Of a stretch of DNA of 64,000 nucleotides, positions 9,787 to 18,962 are shown in pieces. The DNA is taken from contig JAQXGN010000037.1 of the NCBI GenBank assembly GCA_029006735.1, forward strand, positions 9,894-73,893, read 5' to 3'. The DNA is from Bacillales bacterium. GTDB taxonomy: Bacteria > Bacillota_I > Bacilli_A > RFN20 > CAG-449. The notes beneath the pieces were generated by a model. The model saw only the letters and a program-made list of their open reading frames with translations. It had not been told where the DNA came from and searched no databases. How positions within the stretch are numbered: position 1 is the stretch's first letter; each line of letters starts with the position of its first letter. The translations under genes and the position numbers were made by a program.

Positions 9787-10012
9787 AAAACTAATATTTA
9801 AAAAAGAAAAAATTCTCAATTAAATATTTGTTATAAAGTTGATGAGGGTAGAATATTATTCTTATAGAAAATATTCAGTCAACTTAGTGGATGAAAGATC
9901 AAAAAATTAAAGAATATCATAATTATAATAAAGTCTTTTTAGTATTTTTATTAATACTATATAAATTTTTGATTAATCCATCTTTTTACCCTTAATGTTA
10001 GGAGGAAAAAAT

Positions 10013-12421
10013 ATGAAAAAAACATTAAAGTACGTTTTAGCTTCCGCTATTTTAGTGGGAACACTTGGTTCTTTAGCTTCCTGCGGTTACAAGAGAGACT
10101 TCAGTGGTAATTACACTTATAACACATTTACAGCAGTTTCTCCATCTAACTGGAATGAGTTAACTTATCAAGATGCAAATGACACTCAAATTATGAGTTA
10201 TATTGGTAGTCCATTCTTCCAATATGATTATGAATTTGACAAGGATGGAGTTCCTGTTCCAGGAAAATTCGTAGTTAAATACGGTGCTGCTACAGCTTTA
10301 GAAGACGTAACAGTAGATTACGCAAAAGATGATAAATACGATGTACCAGATGATGCAACAAATGGTTATGCATATAAGATCACATTACGTAAAGACTTAA
10401 AATGGGATGACGGAACAGCAATTACTGCAGAAGACTTCGTCTACACAATGAAAGAACAATTAAACCCAGATTTCAAACACTATCGTGCAGATAGTTACTA
10501 TAATGGTTCTACAGTTATTCATAATGCAAGAGCATATGTTTACCAAGGATCAAGTGTTATGAATAATGCTGAATTAAAGCATGCTACTTGGGAAGAAGGT
10601 AAGAAAGATGCTGCATTAAAATTTGATTTAACAAATTCTACAATCGGTAGTTGGATTTGGGGAGACTATGCTGCTCCTGCAGAAGCAAAAGGACCAGCTT
10701 ATGTTTTAGTTGCATTGGGTTGTGAAGCAGAACAAGCAGCTATTGAAGCATTAGTTGGTAAATCACCAGCAGAAATTGAAGCAGATCCAGCATTAAAAGC
10801 AGCATTTGATGCAGTTGTTTCTTTCTGGAAATCTGAACCAGAAGAAGAATTATCATTATTTGCTTATCAACATGTTTATCCAGCTCTTGATTTCGATGCA
10901 GTTGGTATCTTCGCTGGTAAAAAAAGTAATGAATTATACCTTGTTTTAGATAATCCTCTTGAATTATTAAAAGAAGATGGTTCATTATCATATAAAGCAG
11001 CATACAACATGTCAAGTTTACCACTTGTTAAGAAAGATGTTTATGAAGCAAATAAAGTTGCACCAGTTCAAGGTTCAACATTATGGACATCAACATATAA
11101 CTCTTCAGTTAATTCAACAGCTTCTTGGGGTCCATATAAATTAACTTCATTCCAAGCAGGTAAAGAGTACATTCTTGAAAGAAATACTAATTGGTATGGT
11201 TATGGCTTAAAAGAAAATGATAAGAAATATCAAACATCTAGAATTGTATGTGAAACAATTAAGGAATGGAACTCAGCATGGTTAAAATTCCAAAATGGTG
11301 AACTCGATTCAATTGGTATCGATGTTTCTATTGCACAAGATTATAAGAACTCATCACAAGCTATCTTTACACCAGATGATTACGTTGGTTCAATGCAAAT
11401 TCAATCATCTGTTAGCGCATTAAAATCACGTGAAAAAGATGGCGTCAACAAAACAATCTTAGCTGATGTAAGATTTAGAAAAGCTATTTCATTATCAGTT
11501 AATAGAGATGAATACAACCAAACATGTACAACATCATCAAAAGCAGGCTACGGTTTATTCAACTCAATGCATTACTATGATGTTGAAAATGGTGGTGTTT
11601 ATAGAAACGAAGACGTTGCAAAGAAAGTATTATGTGATGTTTATGGCGTTGATGTTTCAAAATATGATTCATTAGATGCAGCTGCAGCAGCAGTTACTGG
11701 TTATGATCCAGCTCAAGCTAAAGAATTAGTTACAGCTGCATATAACGATGCTCTTGAAGCAGGTACAATTAAAGATACAGATAAAGTTGTTATTACATTT
11801 GGTTCAGGTGCAGATAACGAAGCAGTAAGACGTGTATTCGATTATTTAACAAATGCATTAAAAGCAATGGTAGTTGGTACACCTCTTGCAGGAAAATTAG
11901 AAACAGAATTTGAAGATCACGGTGCAAAATGGGCAGATGACTTCCGTAGTGGCGCATATGACATTTGTACAGGTGGTTGGCAAGGTGCTGCATGGGATCC
12001 AGGTTACTTCTTACTTGCATACTTATCACCAGATTATATGTATTCAGTAGCTTGGGAAACAGATAAAGTACAAATGACATATACAGTTTTAGGCCAAGAA
12101 TATACAATGTCTTTAATTGAATGGTATAATTGCTTAAACGGTGTAGCAGGCGCAGCTCATAACTGGGCAGAAGGACAAGTTGCAAACGATGTCAGATTAG
12201 GTATTATCGCTGCTCTTGAAAAAGAAATCTTAAGTGTTTACTACACAGTTCCTCTACAAAACTATTTCTCAGCTTCATTAAAATCATATAAATCAGATTA
12301 TATTTCACGTGACTATAACACATTTATGGCTTACGGCGGAATCGAATACTTAACATATGCATATGATGATGCAGCATGGGAAGAATATTGTAAAAATAAT
12401 GTTCTTGATTATAAGGCATAA
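10013..12421 (+). CDS. oppA: Oligopeptide ABC transporter substrate-binding lipoprotein, unusually long (802 aa)
   Basis: Signal peptide with lipobox LASC|G. Family-5 SBP-like body (DLKWDDGTAITAEDFVYT, NTNWYG). It is the first gene of an oppBCDF cluster. GGAGG precedes the ATG at 10013. Confidence 0.8.
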   Translation: MKKTLKYVLASAILVGTLGSLASCGYKRDFSGNYTYNTFTAVSPSNWNELTYQDANDTQIMSYIGSPFFQYDYEFDKDGVPVPGKFVVKYGAATALEDVTVDYAKDDKYDVPDDATNGYAYKITLRKDLKWDDGTAITAEDFVYTMKEQLNPDFKHYRADSYYNGSTVIHNARAYVYQGSSVMNNAELKHATWEEGKKDAALKFDLTNSTIGSWIWGDYAAPAEAKGPAYVLVALGCEAEQAAIEALVGKSPAEIEADPALKAAFDAVVSFWKSEPEEELSLFAYQHVYPALDFDAVGIFAGKKSNELYLVLDNPLELLKEDGSLSYKAAYNMSSLPLVKKDVYEANKVAPVQGSTLWTSTYNSSVNSTASWGPYKLTSFQAGKEYILERNTNWYGYGLKENDKKYQTSRIVCETIKEWNSAWLKFQNGELDSIGIDVSIAQDYKNSSQAIFTPDDYVGSMQIQSSVSALKSREKDGVNKTILADVRFRKAISLSVNRDEYNQTCTTSSKAGYGLFNSMHYYDVENGGVYRNEDVAKKVLCDVYGVDVSKYDSLDAAAAAVTGYDPAQAKELVTAAYNDALEAGTIKDTDKVVITFGSGADNEAVRRVFDYLTNALKAMVVGTPLAGKLETEFEDHGAKWADDFRSGAYDICTGGWQGAAWDPGYFLLAYLSPDYMYSVAWETDKVQMTYTVLGQEYTMSLIEWYNCLNGVAGAAHNWAEGQVANDVRLGIIAALEKEILSVYYTVPLQNYFSASLKSYKSDYISRDYNTFMAYGGIEYLTYAYDDAAWEEYCKNNVLDYKA

Positions 12422-12450
12422 TTAAAATAGTTATTAATACATAAAATGAT

Positions 12451-12490
12451 AAATGCGAGATAATGTTTTATACTTGTCTCGCATTTTATC
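12451..12490 (+). terminator. Hairpin (attenuator/partial terminator) between oppA and oppB
   Basis: 10-bp stem aaatgcgaga (12451-12460) / tctcgcattt (12477-12486). The U-tract is short. Confidence 0.5.
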
Positions 12491-12526
12491 GCAATTATAA
12501 TATAAGTAGTAAGGAGGGTGATTAAT

Positions 12527-13486
12527 ATGTACATGTTCAAATATATATTAAAAAGATTAGGTCTTATGATCATGACATTTTTAATAATATTTTTAATTTC
12601 GTTCGTGTTAATTAAAAGATTACCAATTGTTATTAATGTAACTATTGGTCAAGATAAGGAAATTATTGAAGCTACATTAATAGCAAGGGGGTATTATGAC
12701 CCTATCCCTGTTCAATTAATTAATTATATTAAAAGAATATTTCAAGGTGATTTTGGCGTTGGTGTCAATTTACCTGAATATAGAAACAAACCAGTATGGG
12801 ATGTTTTCGTTGAAAAACTCCCACCAACAGTATTAATTAATGTTTATTCTACTATTTTCTCAGTTCCACTAGGTATTGCACTTGGTATTTTTGCTGCGTT
12901 AAAAAAGAATAAATGGCAAGATCATGTAATTAGTACAGGCGTCATGGTTTTTATTTCAGTTCCAAGTATTGTTACAGCGTTTTTGGTTCAATACATTTTC
13001 TGTTTTAAGTTAAAATGGTTCCCATTAACGATGAAAGCAGGATTTGATTATTTCTCGCCATCAATGTTTAGATCAATGATGCCAGCAGTTATTGCTATGT
13101 CATTTGGATCTATTGCTGGATATGCTAGATTTACTCGTGCTGAACTTACTGAAGTTTTAACGAGTGATTTTATGCTGCTTGCAAGAACTAAAGGTTTAAC
13201 AAGAGGTCAAGCAACTTTACATCACGCATTAAAGAATGCGATGGTTCCAATTTTCCCATCAATTGTAGGTGAATTTATTTCAGTTTTGTCAGGTTCTCTT
13301 ATTATTGAAAAGATTTACTCTATTCCAGGTGTTGGAGGATTATATCTTGATTCAATTAGTTACCAAGATTATGACTTCTTTATGATGTTATCTTGTTTCT
13401 ATATTTTGATTGGACTTGTTGCTGCTATTGTTATTGATTTAAGTTATGGATTTATTGATCCACGTATTAGAATGGGGGCTAAGTAA
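12527..13486 (+). CDS. oppB: Oligopeptide ABC transporter permease OppB
   Basis: YILKRLG N-terminus and the BPD_transp_1 EAA-like loop (DFMLLARTKGLTRGQ). AAGGAGGG lies 8 nt before the ATG at 12527. Confidence 0.88.
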   Translation: MYMFKYILKRLGLMIMTFLIIFLISFVLIKRLPIVINVTIGQDKEIIEATLIARGYYDPIPVQLINYIKRIFQGDFGVGVNLPEYRNKPVWDVFVEKLPPTVLINVYSTIFSVPLGIALGIFAALKKNKWQDHVISTGVMVFISVPSIVTAFLVQYIFCFKLKWFPLTMKAGFDYFSPSMFRSMMPAVIAMSFGSIAGYARFTRAELTEVLTSDFMLLARTKGLTRGQATLHHALKNAMVPIFPSIVGEFISVLSGSLIIEKIYSIPGVGGLYLDSISYQDYDFFMMLSCFYILIGLVAAIVIDLSYGFIDPRIRMGAK

Positions 13487-13488
13487 TT

Positions 13489-15042
13489 ATGAAACCAAGT
13501 GAATTAAATATGCCAAAAGAAAAATTTGAATTTGCTAGTTCTAATGAAAACCTTCATGATAAAGAATTAGTTACAAAACCAGTATCTTATTTTAAAGATG
13601 CATGGAATAGATTCAAAAAGAATAAAGCTTCTATTGCTGCAACTATTGTTATTGGTATTTTAGCATTGTATGCAATTATTGCTCCTATTATTTCTCCATA
13701 TTCAGTAGCTTATAAAGATGCTTATTATACGTTTACTGAGCCAATGATTTTTGGCGGAAATCGACAAAAAAAGGGAAATGAAGCTACTTTCCTTTCCGAT
13801 TATGCAATTTCTTTAGAAACAAATAGAGATGTAATTGTTAAAGGAAAATATGATTCATATATAACAGAAGATGCATACAAAAAGAAAATTAGAATGTATG
13901 AATATAAAATCGATACATATTATAGCGTCGGTGTTGTCTATATGACTTTACCAGCAGAAAAATATCAAGCTATTCAAGAATATCAAGATGCAAATAATGT
14001 TCAAATTATTTATCCTTGGACAGATATGAGTAAAAATAAAATCCAATTTGGAGAAATTCCACCTCAAATTGAAACGGATGGTAATATTTGGTATCAATTA
14101 AAGATGTCAAATGGTAAACCTGTTGCAGATGTAACTTATGATACAAATGGAAAACCGGTTTATACTGATGTTTATGCTCTTTATGGAAGTATTGAAGATG
14201 GATACACTAGTAAGATGAGATATGAGGGCGAAGGTAATTATCAATATGCTTATGCTACACCAGTTCAAAATGGTAATGCATATAAAGTGCGTATTGATTA
14301 TTACAATTATTATCGATATATTCATGCAGATGAACGAATTGATAAACCATTCTTCTTATTTGGAACTACTAATAGTGGACAAGATATCTTTACTTGCTTA
14401 GCAAGTGGTGCTAGATTTAGTTTCTTCTTAGCAATTTCGGTTGCTACTGTTAATATGATTGTTGGCGCTATTTATGGTGCTATCGAAGGTTATTATGGTG
14501 GTAAGATTGATATTATTATGGAAAGAATTGTTGAAATCTTAAATGCAGTTCCTTTCATGATTGTTATTACCTTATTGAAATATAATATGGAAGGTACATC
14601 GCAAGTATTGATTTTATTTATCGCGTTCTTCTTAACCGGTTGGATTGGTATGGCGGGAAGAACCAGAATGCAGTTCTATCGATTTAAGAATCAAGAATAT
14701 GTTCTTGCGGCAAGAACTTTAGGTGCTTCAGACTTTAGAATTATGTTTAAGCATATTTTCCCTAACTCATTAGGTACTTTAATTACAAGTTCAGTCTTAG
14801 TTATTCCAGGAATGATTTTCTCAGAAACAAGCTTGAGTTACTTAGGTATTATCAATTTGAATTCTGGTAATTTAACTAGTGTTGGTACATTGCTTGCTAA
14901 TGGTCAACCATATTTAGTTACATATCCACATATCATTTTATTCCCATCAATCTATATTTGTTTGTTGATGTTGAGTTTCAACTTGTTTGGTAATGGATTA
15001 CGTGATGCATTTAACCCATCACTTAGAGGTGCGGAGGATTAG
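13489..15042 (+). CDS. oppC: Oligopeptide ABC transporter permease OppC with an enlarged extracellular loop
   Basis: OppC_N-like start (FKDAWNRFKKNKASI), LFGTTNSGQDIF motif, and EAA loop (YVLAARTLGAS). It is 517 aa, whereas I recall about 300 aa as typical. Confidence 0.85.
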   Translation: MKPSELNMPKEKFEFASSNENLHDKELVTKPVSYFKDAWNRFKKNKASIAATIVIGILALYAIIAPIISPYSVAYKDAYYTFTEPMIFGGNRQKKGNEATFLSDYAISLETNRDVIVKGKYDSYITEDAYKKKIRMYEYKIDTYYSVGVVYMTLPAEKYQAIQEYQDANNVQIIYPWTDMSKNKIQFGEIPPQIETDGNIWYQLKMSNGKPVADVTYDTNGKPVYTDVYALYGSIEDGYTSKMRYEGEGNYQYAYATPVQNGNAYKVRIDYYNYYRYIHADERIDKPFFLFGTTNSGQDIFTCLASGARFSFFLAISVATVNMIVGAIYGAIEGYYGGKIDIIMERIVEILNAVPFMIVITLLKYNMEGTSQVLILFIAFFLTGWIGMAGRTRMQFYRFKNQEYVLAARTLGASDFRIMFKHIFPNSLGTLITSSVLVIPGMIFSETSLSYLGIINLNSGNLTSVGTLLANGQPYLVTYPHIILFPSIYICLLMLSFNLFGNGLRDAFNPSLRGAED

Positions 15043-15045
15043 TTT

Positions 15046-17196
15046 ATGGAAAAGAAATTAGAAGTAAAGAATTTACAAGTATCCTTTAGAACTCAAGGTG
15101 GTACAGTTAAAGCAGTAAGAAATATTTCTTTCGATTTATATAAAGGTGAAACACTTGCAATCGTTGGTGAATCTGGTTCTGGTAAATCAGTAACTAGTAA
15201 AGCTATTATTGGTATTCTTGCAGGTAACTCAATTGTTGAAGGTGGAGAAATTTTATATGATGGACAAGATTTATTAAAAATTTCAGAAGATGATTTCCAC
15301 AAAATTCGTGGTGATAAAATCTCAATGATTTTCCAAGATCCTCTTTCTAGTTTGAATCCAATTGTTAGAATTGGTAAACAACTTACTGAAGCGATGATCT
15401 TGAATGGTAGAATTCGTCAAAAAAGCGCAAGAAAAGAGTTTAATGGTAAATTAAAATTATTAAATGAAAGCTTAGACGCAATTGATGCAAATAAAAATAA
15501 TAACAAAACTCAATGTAAAACTTTTGATAGTTTCTGTATTGAAAGTACTAAAATAGAACAAGTCTATAATGATGCACATGACAATGCTGTTGCAGCAAAA
15601 GAATTATGTGAAGAAATTGCTTTCTTATTATCAAAGAAACAAAAAATTGATGTTAAGAAGAGTTTAAATAGTATTTTAAAATTATTTAAAAATTCAGTTA
15701 ATACTTATGTTGTTTCTTTAGATGATGTTTATTTAGGTTATGTTGATAGATTTAATGGTTTTATTAATGAAGGTAAAAAGGCTAATCAAAATGATGTTAT
15801 CGCTTTATTAAATGAAGTTGAAACTTATTTAGGTGAATGCATTAAAAAGGAAAAACCAAATTACTTTAGATTAGGTTATTATTTATTAAATAATCCTGAT
15901 TTTGATTATACTACAATGCCAGTTGATGAATTAGATAAGATGACAAAAAAATATCTTGATGATAATTTTATGCTTAATTTCATCGAAATTGGTAGTAAAG
16001 GTGTTCAATATTCACATGATAAATCTATTGAAAATAAGAAGAAGTTATTAGATCAACTTCAAAGTTTGTTAGATATTTTAAATGCTCCAGGAGATTTAGA
16101 TGTCAAGAGTTTGAAAAAACAATTAAAAGTTGTTAGACAAGATTTATTAGTTTCTATTGATTATTTAAATATTCATAAAAGAAGTGTTGAATATTCTTTC
16201 TATAACTCATTCAACCATGAAGTTGAAAGATTTATCGGTGGTAAAAAGACTAATCCAGGTGCAGAAAGAAGATATAATAGAAGCTTAGCAAAATATAATA
16301 AACTATGTGAGAGCGGTAAAAATCCAACATGGAAAGTTGTTCCACCAACATTAGTTGATTTAGATTTAGCTAGAAGTAACATGGTTAAAATTGCAAATAG
16401 CTTAGTTAACAGTATTAATAATGATATTAGTATTGATAGTGAATTTGATTGTAAGAAAGAGATGATTGATTTAGTTGATTTCTTAAAAGAACAAGCTTCA
16501 AGAGTAGTTTATAAAGTATCTATGAAGATTGCAAAAGCAAGAGCACTTGAATTAATGAAGGAAGTAGGTATTCCTGAACCTGCAATCAGATATAAACAAT
16601 ATCCATTTGAATTCTCAGGTGGTATGAGACAAAGAATTGTTATTGCTATTGCATTAAGTGCTAACCCTGATATTTTGATTTGTGATGAACCTACAACTGC
16701 ACTTGACGTTACAATTCAATCACAAATTCTTGAATTAATTAATAAAATTAAAAAAGAAAGAAATTTATCAGTTATCTTTATTACTCACGACTTAGGTGTT
16801 GTTGCTAATATGGCAGACAGAATTGCTGTTATGTATGCAGGTAAGATTGTTGAATATGGTTCAGCAAATGATATTTTCTATGATCCTCGCCATCCATATA
16901 CTTGGGCTTTATTATCAAGTATGCCTGATTTGGATACTAAAGAAAAACTCGAAGCAATTCCTGGTACTCCACCAAATATGATTTATCCTCCAAAAGGAGA
17001 TGCATTTGCAGAAAGAAATAAATACGCTTTAAAAATAGATTTTGAAGAGGAACCACCTCTATTTGAAGTTAGTGATACTCACTATGCTGCAACTTGGTTA
17101 TTACATCCTAATGCACCAAAAGTTGAAGTTCCAAAGGTTATTCAAGAGCGTGTTAATAGAATGAAAAAGAAGGTGAGTGATGAAGATGGAAAATAG
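15046..17196 (+). CDS. oppD: Oligopeptide ABC transporter ATPase OppD carrying a large internal insertion
   Basis: Walker A GESGSGKS (aa 41-48), Q-loop MIFQDP (aa 94-99), signature FSGGMRQR (aa 523-530), Walker B ILICDEP, and an oligopeptide C-terminal domain (RHPYTWALL). Confidence 0.88.
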   Translation: MEKKLEVKNLQVSFRTQGGTVKAVRNISFDLYKGETLAIVGESGSGKSVTSKAIIGILAGNSIVEGGEILYDGQDLLKISEDDFHKIRGDKISMIFQDPLSSLNPIVRIGKQLTEAMILNGRIRQKSARKEFNGKLKLLNESLDAIDANKNNNKTQCKTFDSFCIESTKIEQVYNDAHDNAVAAKELCEEIAFLLSKKQKIDVKKSLNSILKLFKNSVNTYVVSLDDVYLGYVDRFNGFINEGKKANQNDVIALLNEVETYLGECIKKEKPNYFRLGYYLLNNPDFDYTTMPVDELDKMTKKYLDDNFMLNFIEIGSKGVQYSHDKSIENKKKLLDQLQSLLDILNAPGDLDVKSLKKQLKVVRQDLLVSIDYLNIHKRSVEYSFYNSFNHEVERFIGGKKTNPGAERRYNRSLAKYNKLCESGKNPTWKVVPPTLVDLDLARSNMVKIANSLVNSINNDISIDSEFDCKKEMIDLVDFLKEQASRVVYKVSMKIAKARALELMKEVGIPEPAIRYKQYPFEFSGGMRQRIVIAIALSANPDILICDEPTTALDVTIQSQILELINKIKKERNLSVIFITHDLGVVANMADRIAVMYAGKIVEYGSANDIFYDPRHPYTWALLSSMPDLDTKEKLEAIPGTPPNMIYPPKGDAFAERNKYALKIDFEEEPPLFEVSDTHYAATWLLHPNAPKVEVPKVIQERVNRMKKKVSDEDGK

Positions 17197-18469
17197 AGAA
17201 GTATTATTAAGAGTTGATCATCTTGAACAATATTTTAAGATGGGTAAACGAGCATTAAAAGCAGTTGATGATGTCTCATTTGATATCTATAAAGGCGAAG
17301 TTCTAGGTTTAGTTGGTGAATCTGGATGTGGTAAAACCACAACTGGCCGTTCAATCATTCGATTATATGATATTACTGGTGGTAGTGTATATTTTGATGG
17401 TAAACGTATTGCTGCAGGTATCGGTAAATATAAAAGAGATATAAAAGCAGCTAAAGCAGATTTTAAGGCAAAGGTAAAAGCATTAACAGATGATTTTAAT
17501 GCAAAAGTAAATCAAGATCCTTTATCAAAAGAACAACTTACAGAAGAATATAAAGCTAATGTCAATAAACTTGAAGAAGAACTCCATAGCGTTATTTCAT
17601 ATAATGTAGAAGAAATCAAAAAAGCAAAATATGATCATAAAAATTGTGATAAAGAATTTGCTAAATATGAAGTCGAAAAAGTTAAAGATAAATATGCAAA
17701 GTTATTAGAAGAAGAAACTGATGAAAGAAAAAAAGAAGAATTACTTTTAAAGCAAAAAGAAGAAGTTCGTTTAGCAAAAAAAGCACGTATTACTGCTAAT
17801 ATCCAAATGATTTTCCAAGATCCAATTGCGTCTCTTGACCCACGTATGACAGTTCATGATATCATCGCTGAAGGTTTAATTATTCGTGGTGAAAGAGATA
17901 AAGAAAAAATTGATAACGAAGTATATCGTGTACTTGAATTAGTTGGTTTAGTTAAAGAACACGCTTCTAGATATCCACATGAATTCTCTGGTGGACAACG
18001 TCAAAGAATTGGTATCGCACGTGCTGTCATTTTAAATCCACAACTTATTATTGCTGATGAACCTGTATCGGCATTAGATGTTTCTATTCAAGCTCAAGTT
18101 ATTAATTTACTTAATGAATTACGTGATAAGATGGGATTAACAACTTTATTTATCGCTCATGATTTATCTGTTGTTAAGTATTTATCTGATCGTATTGCGG
18201 TTATGTATTTTGGTAAGATTGTTGAACTTGCTTCAAGTGATGAATTATTTGCTCATCCACTTCATCCATATACAAAGAGTTTATTATCTGCTATCCCTTT
18301 ACCAGATCCTCACTTTGAAAAATTAAGAAAGAGAGTTACATATAATCCTCTTGCTGCTCATGATTATTCTAAAGAAGGACCTACAATGAGAGAAGTATGT
18401 AAAGGACACTTTGTCTATTGTAATAGCGAAGAAGAAGCTAATTATCTTAAAGAGATTAATGGTAAATAG
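17186..18469 (+). CDS. oppF: Oligopeptide ABC transporter ATPase OppF with a Lys/Glu-rich insertion
   Basis: Walker [23 protein letters not shown], and LIIADEP. The start is ambiguous (GTG 17177, ATG 17180 or ATG 17186). I chose 17186 for its spacing to AAGGTGA. Confidence 0.85.
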   Translation: MENREVLLRVDHLEQYFKMGKRALKAVDDVSFDIYKGEVLGLVGESGCGKTTTGRSIIRLYDITGGSVYFDGKRIAAGIGKYKRDIKAAKADFKAKVKALTDDFNAKVNQDPLSKEQLTEEYKANVNKLEEELHSVISYNVEEIKKAKYDHKNCDKEFAKYEVEKVKDKYAKLLEEETDERKKEELLLKQKEEVRLAKKARITANIQMIFQDPIASLDPRMTVHDIIAEGLIIRGERDKEKIDNEVYRVLELVGLVKEHASRYPHEFSGGQRQRIGIARAVILNPQLIIADEPVSALDVSIQAQVINLLNELRDKMGLTTLFIAHDLSVVKYLSDRIAVMYFGKIVELASSDELFAHPLHPYTKSLLSAIPLPDPHFEKLRKRVTYNPLAAHDYSKEGPTMREVCKGHFVYCNSEEEANYLKEINGK

Positions 18470-18472
18470 AAT

Positions 18473-18886
18473 ATGAATAAAAGCTTAAAGTATGTGATAA
18501 CTGCTTTTATTGGATTATCAATTAGTTTTGCTTTTTGTTTAATCGATAGAATATTTACCAAAACATCATTGGTAGATATATTTCATATCTTAACTAACGC
18601 TTTCTTTGTTCCCGGTGTTTTATTGGCTTGCTTTGGATTATTAGTTATTTCGACTAATGGAGGAACATTTGATATGCTTGCATATGGAGCAATTATGTTC
18701 TTCAGTTTATTCACTCGAGGAGTAAAAAGGAAATATAAAACATTCTATGATTATCGATTATCTAAAGCTGACCGTAAAATAGAATTCGCTTATTTATTAG
18801 TGGTTGGTGTAATAATGATTGGAATATCATTAATTATGCTTGCATTATGGTTTAAGTTTAAAAATGGGGATACTACAACTTCGTAG
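18473..18886 (+). CDS. Small integral membrane protein (3-4 TM), possibly DUF3899-like; likely co-transcribed with opp
   Basis: It starts 3 nt after the oppF stop. It has hydrophobic helices plus a basic loop (RGVKRKYKTFYDYRLSKADRK). Confidence 0.5.
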   Translation: MNKSLKYVITAFIGLSISFAFCLIDRIFTKTSLVDIFHILTNAFFVPGVLLACFGLLVISTNGGTFDMLAYGAIMFFSLFTRGVKRKYKTFYDYRLSKADRKIEFAYLLVVGVIMIGISLIMLALWFKFKNGDTTTS

Positions 18887-18898
18887 TTATCCCTTTTT
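18866..18898 (+). terminator. Intrinsic terminator ending the opp transcription unit
   Basis: Stem gggatactac / gtagttatccc (one bulge) followed by T6. It overlaps the stop codon of the preceding CDS. Confidence 0.6.
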
Positions 18899-18962
18899 TG
18901 TATTTTAATGCGAATTAAACATAAATATGGTATGATATTTATATTGATTTATTTAGAGGTGA

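Noticed and set aside
9788-9994. CodY box in the oppA leader
   Set aside because: The best candidate, around 9856-9872, matches only about 9 of 15 positions of AATTTTCWGAAAATT. That is not distinguishable from background in 30% GC DNA.
10740-12185. Minus-strand ORFs (94 aa and 130 aa) inside oppA
   Set aside because: They are antisense to a well-supported lipoprotein gene. The products are Leu/Gln/His-rich nonsense with no SD. The cause is the same codon-bias artefact.
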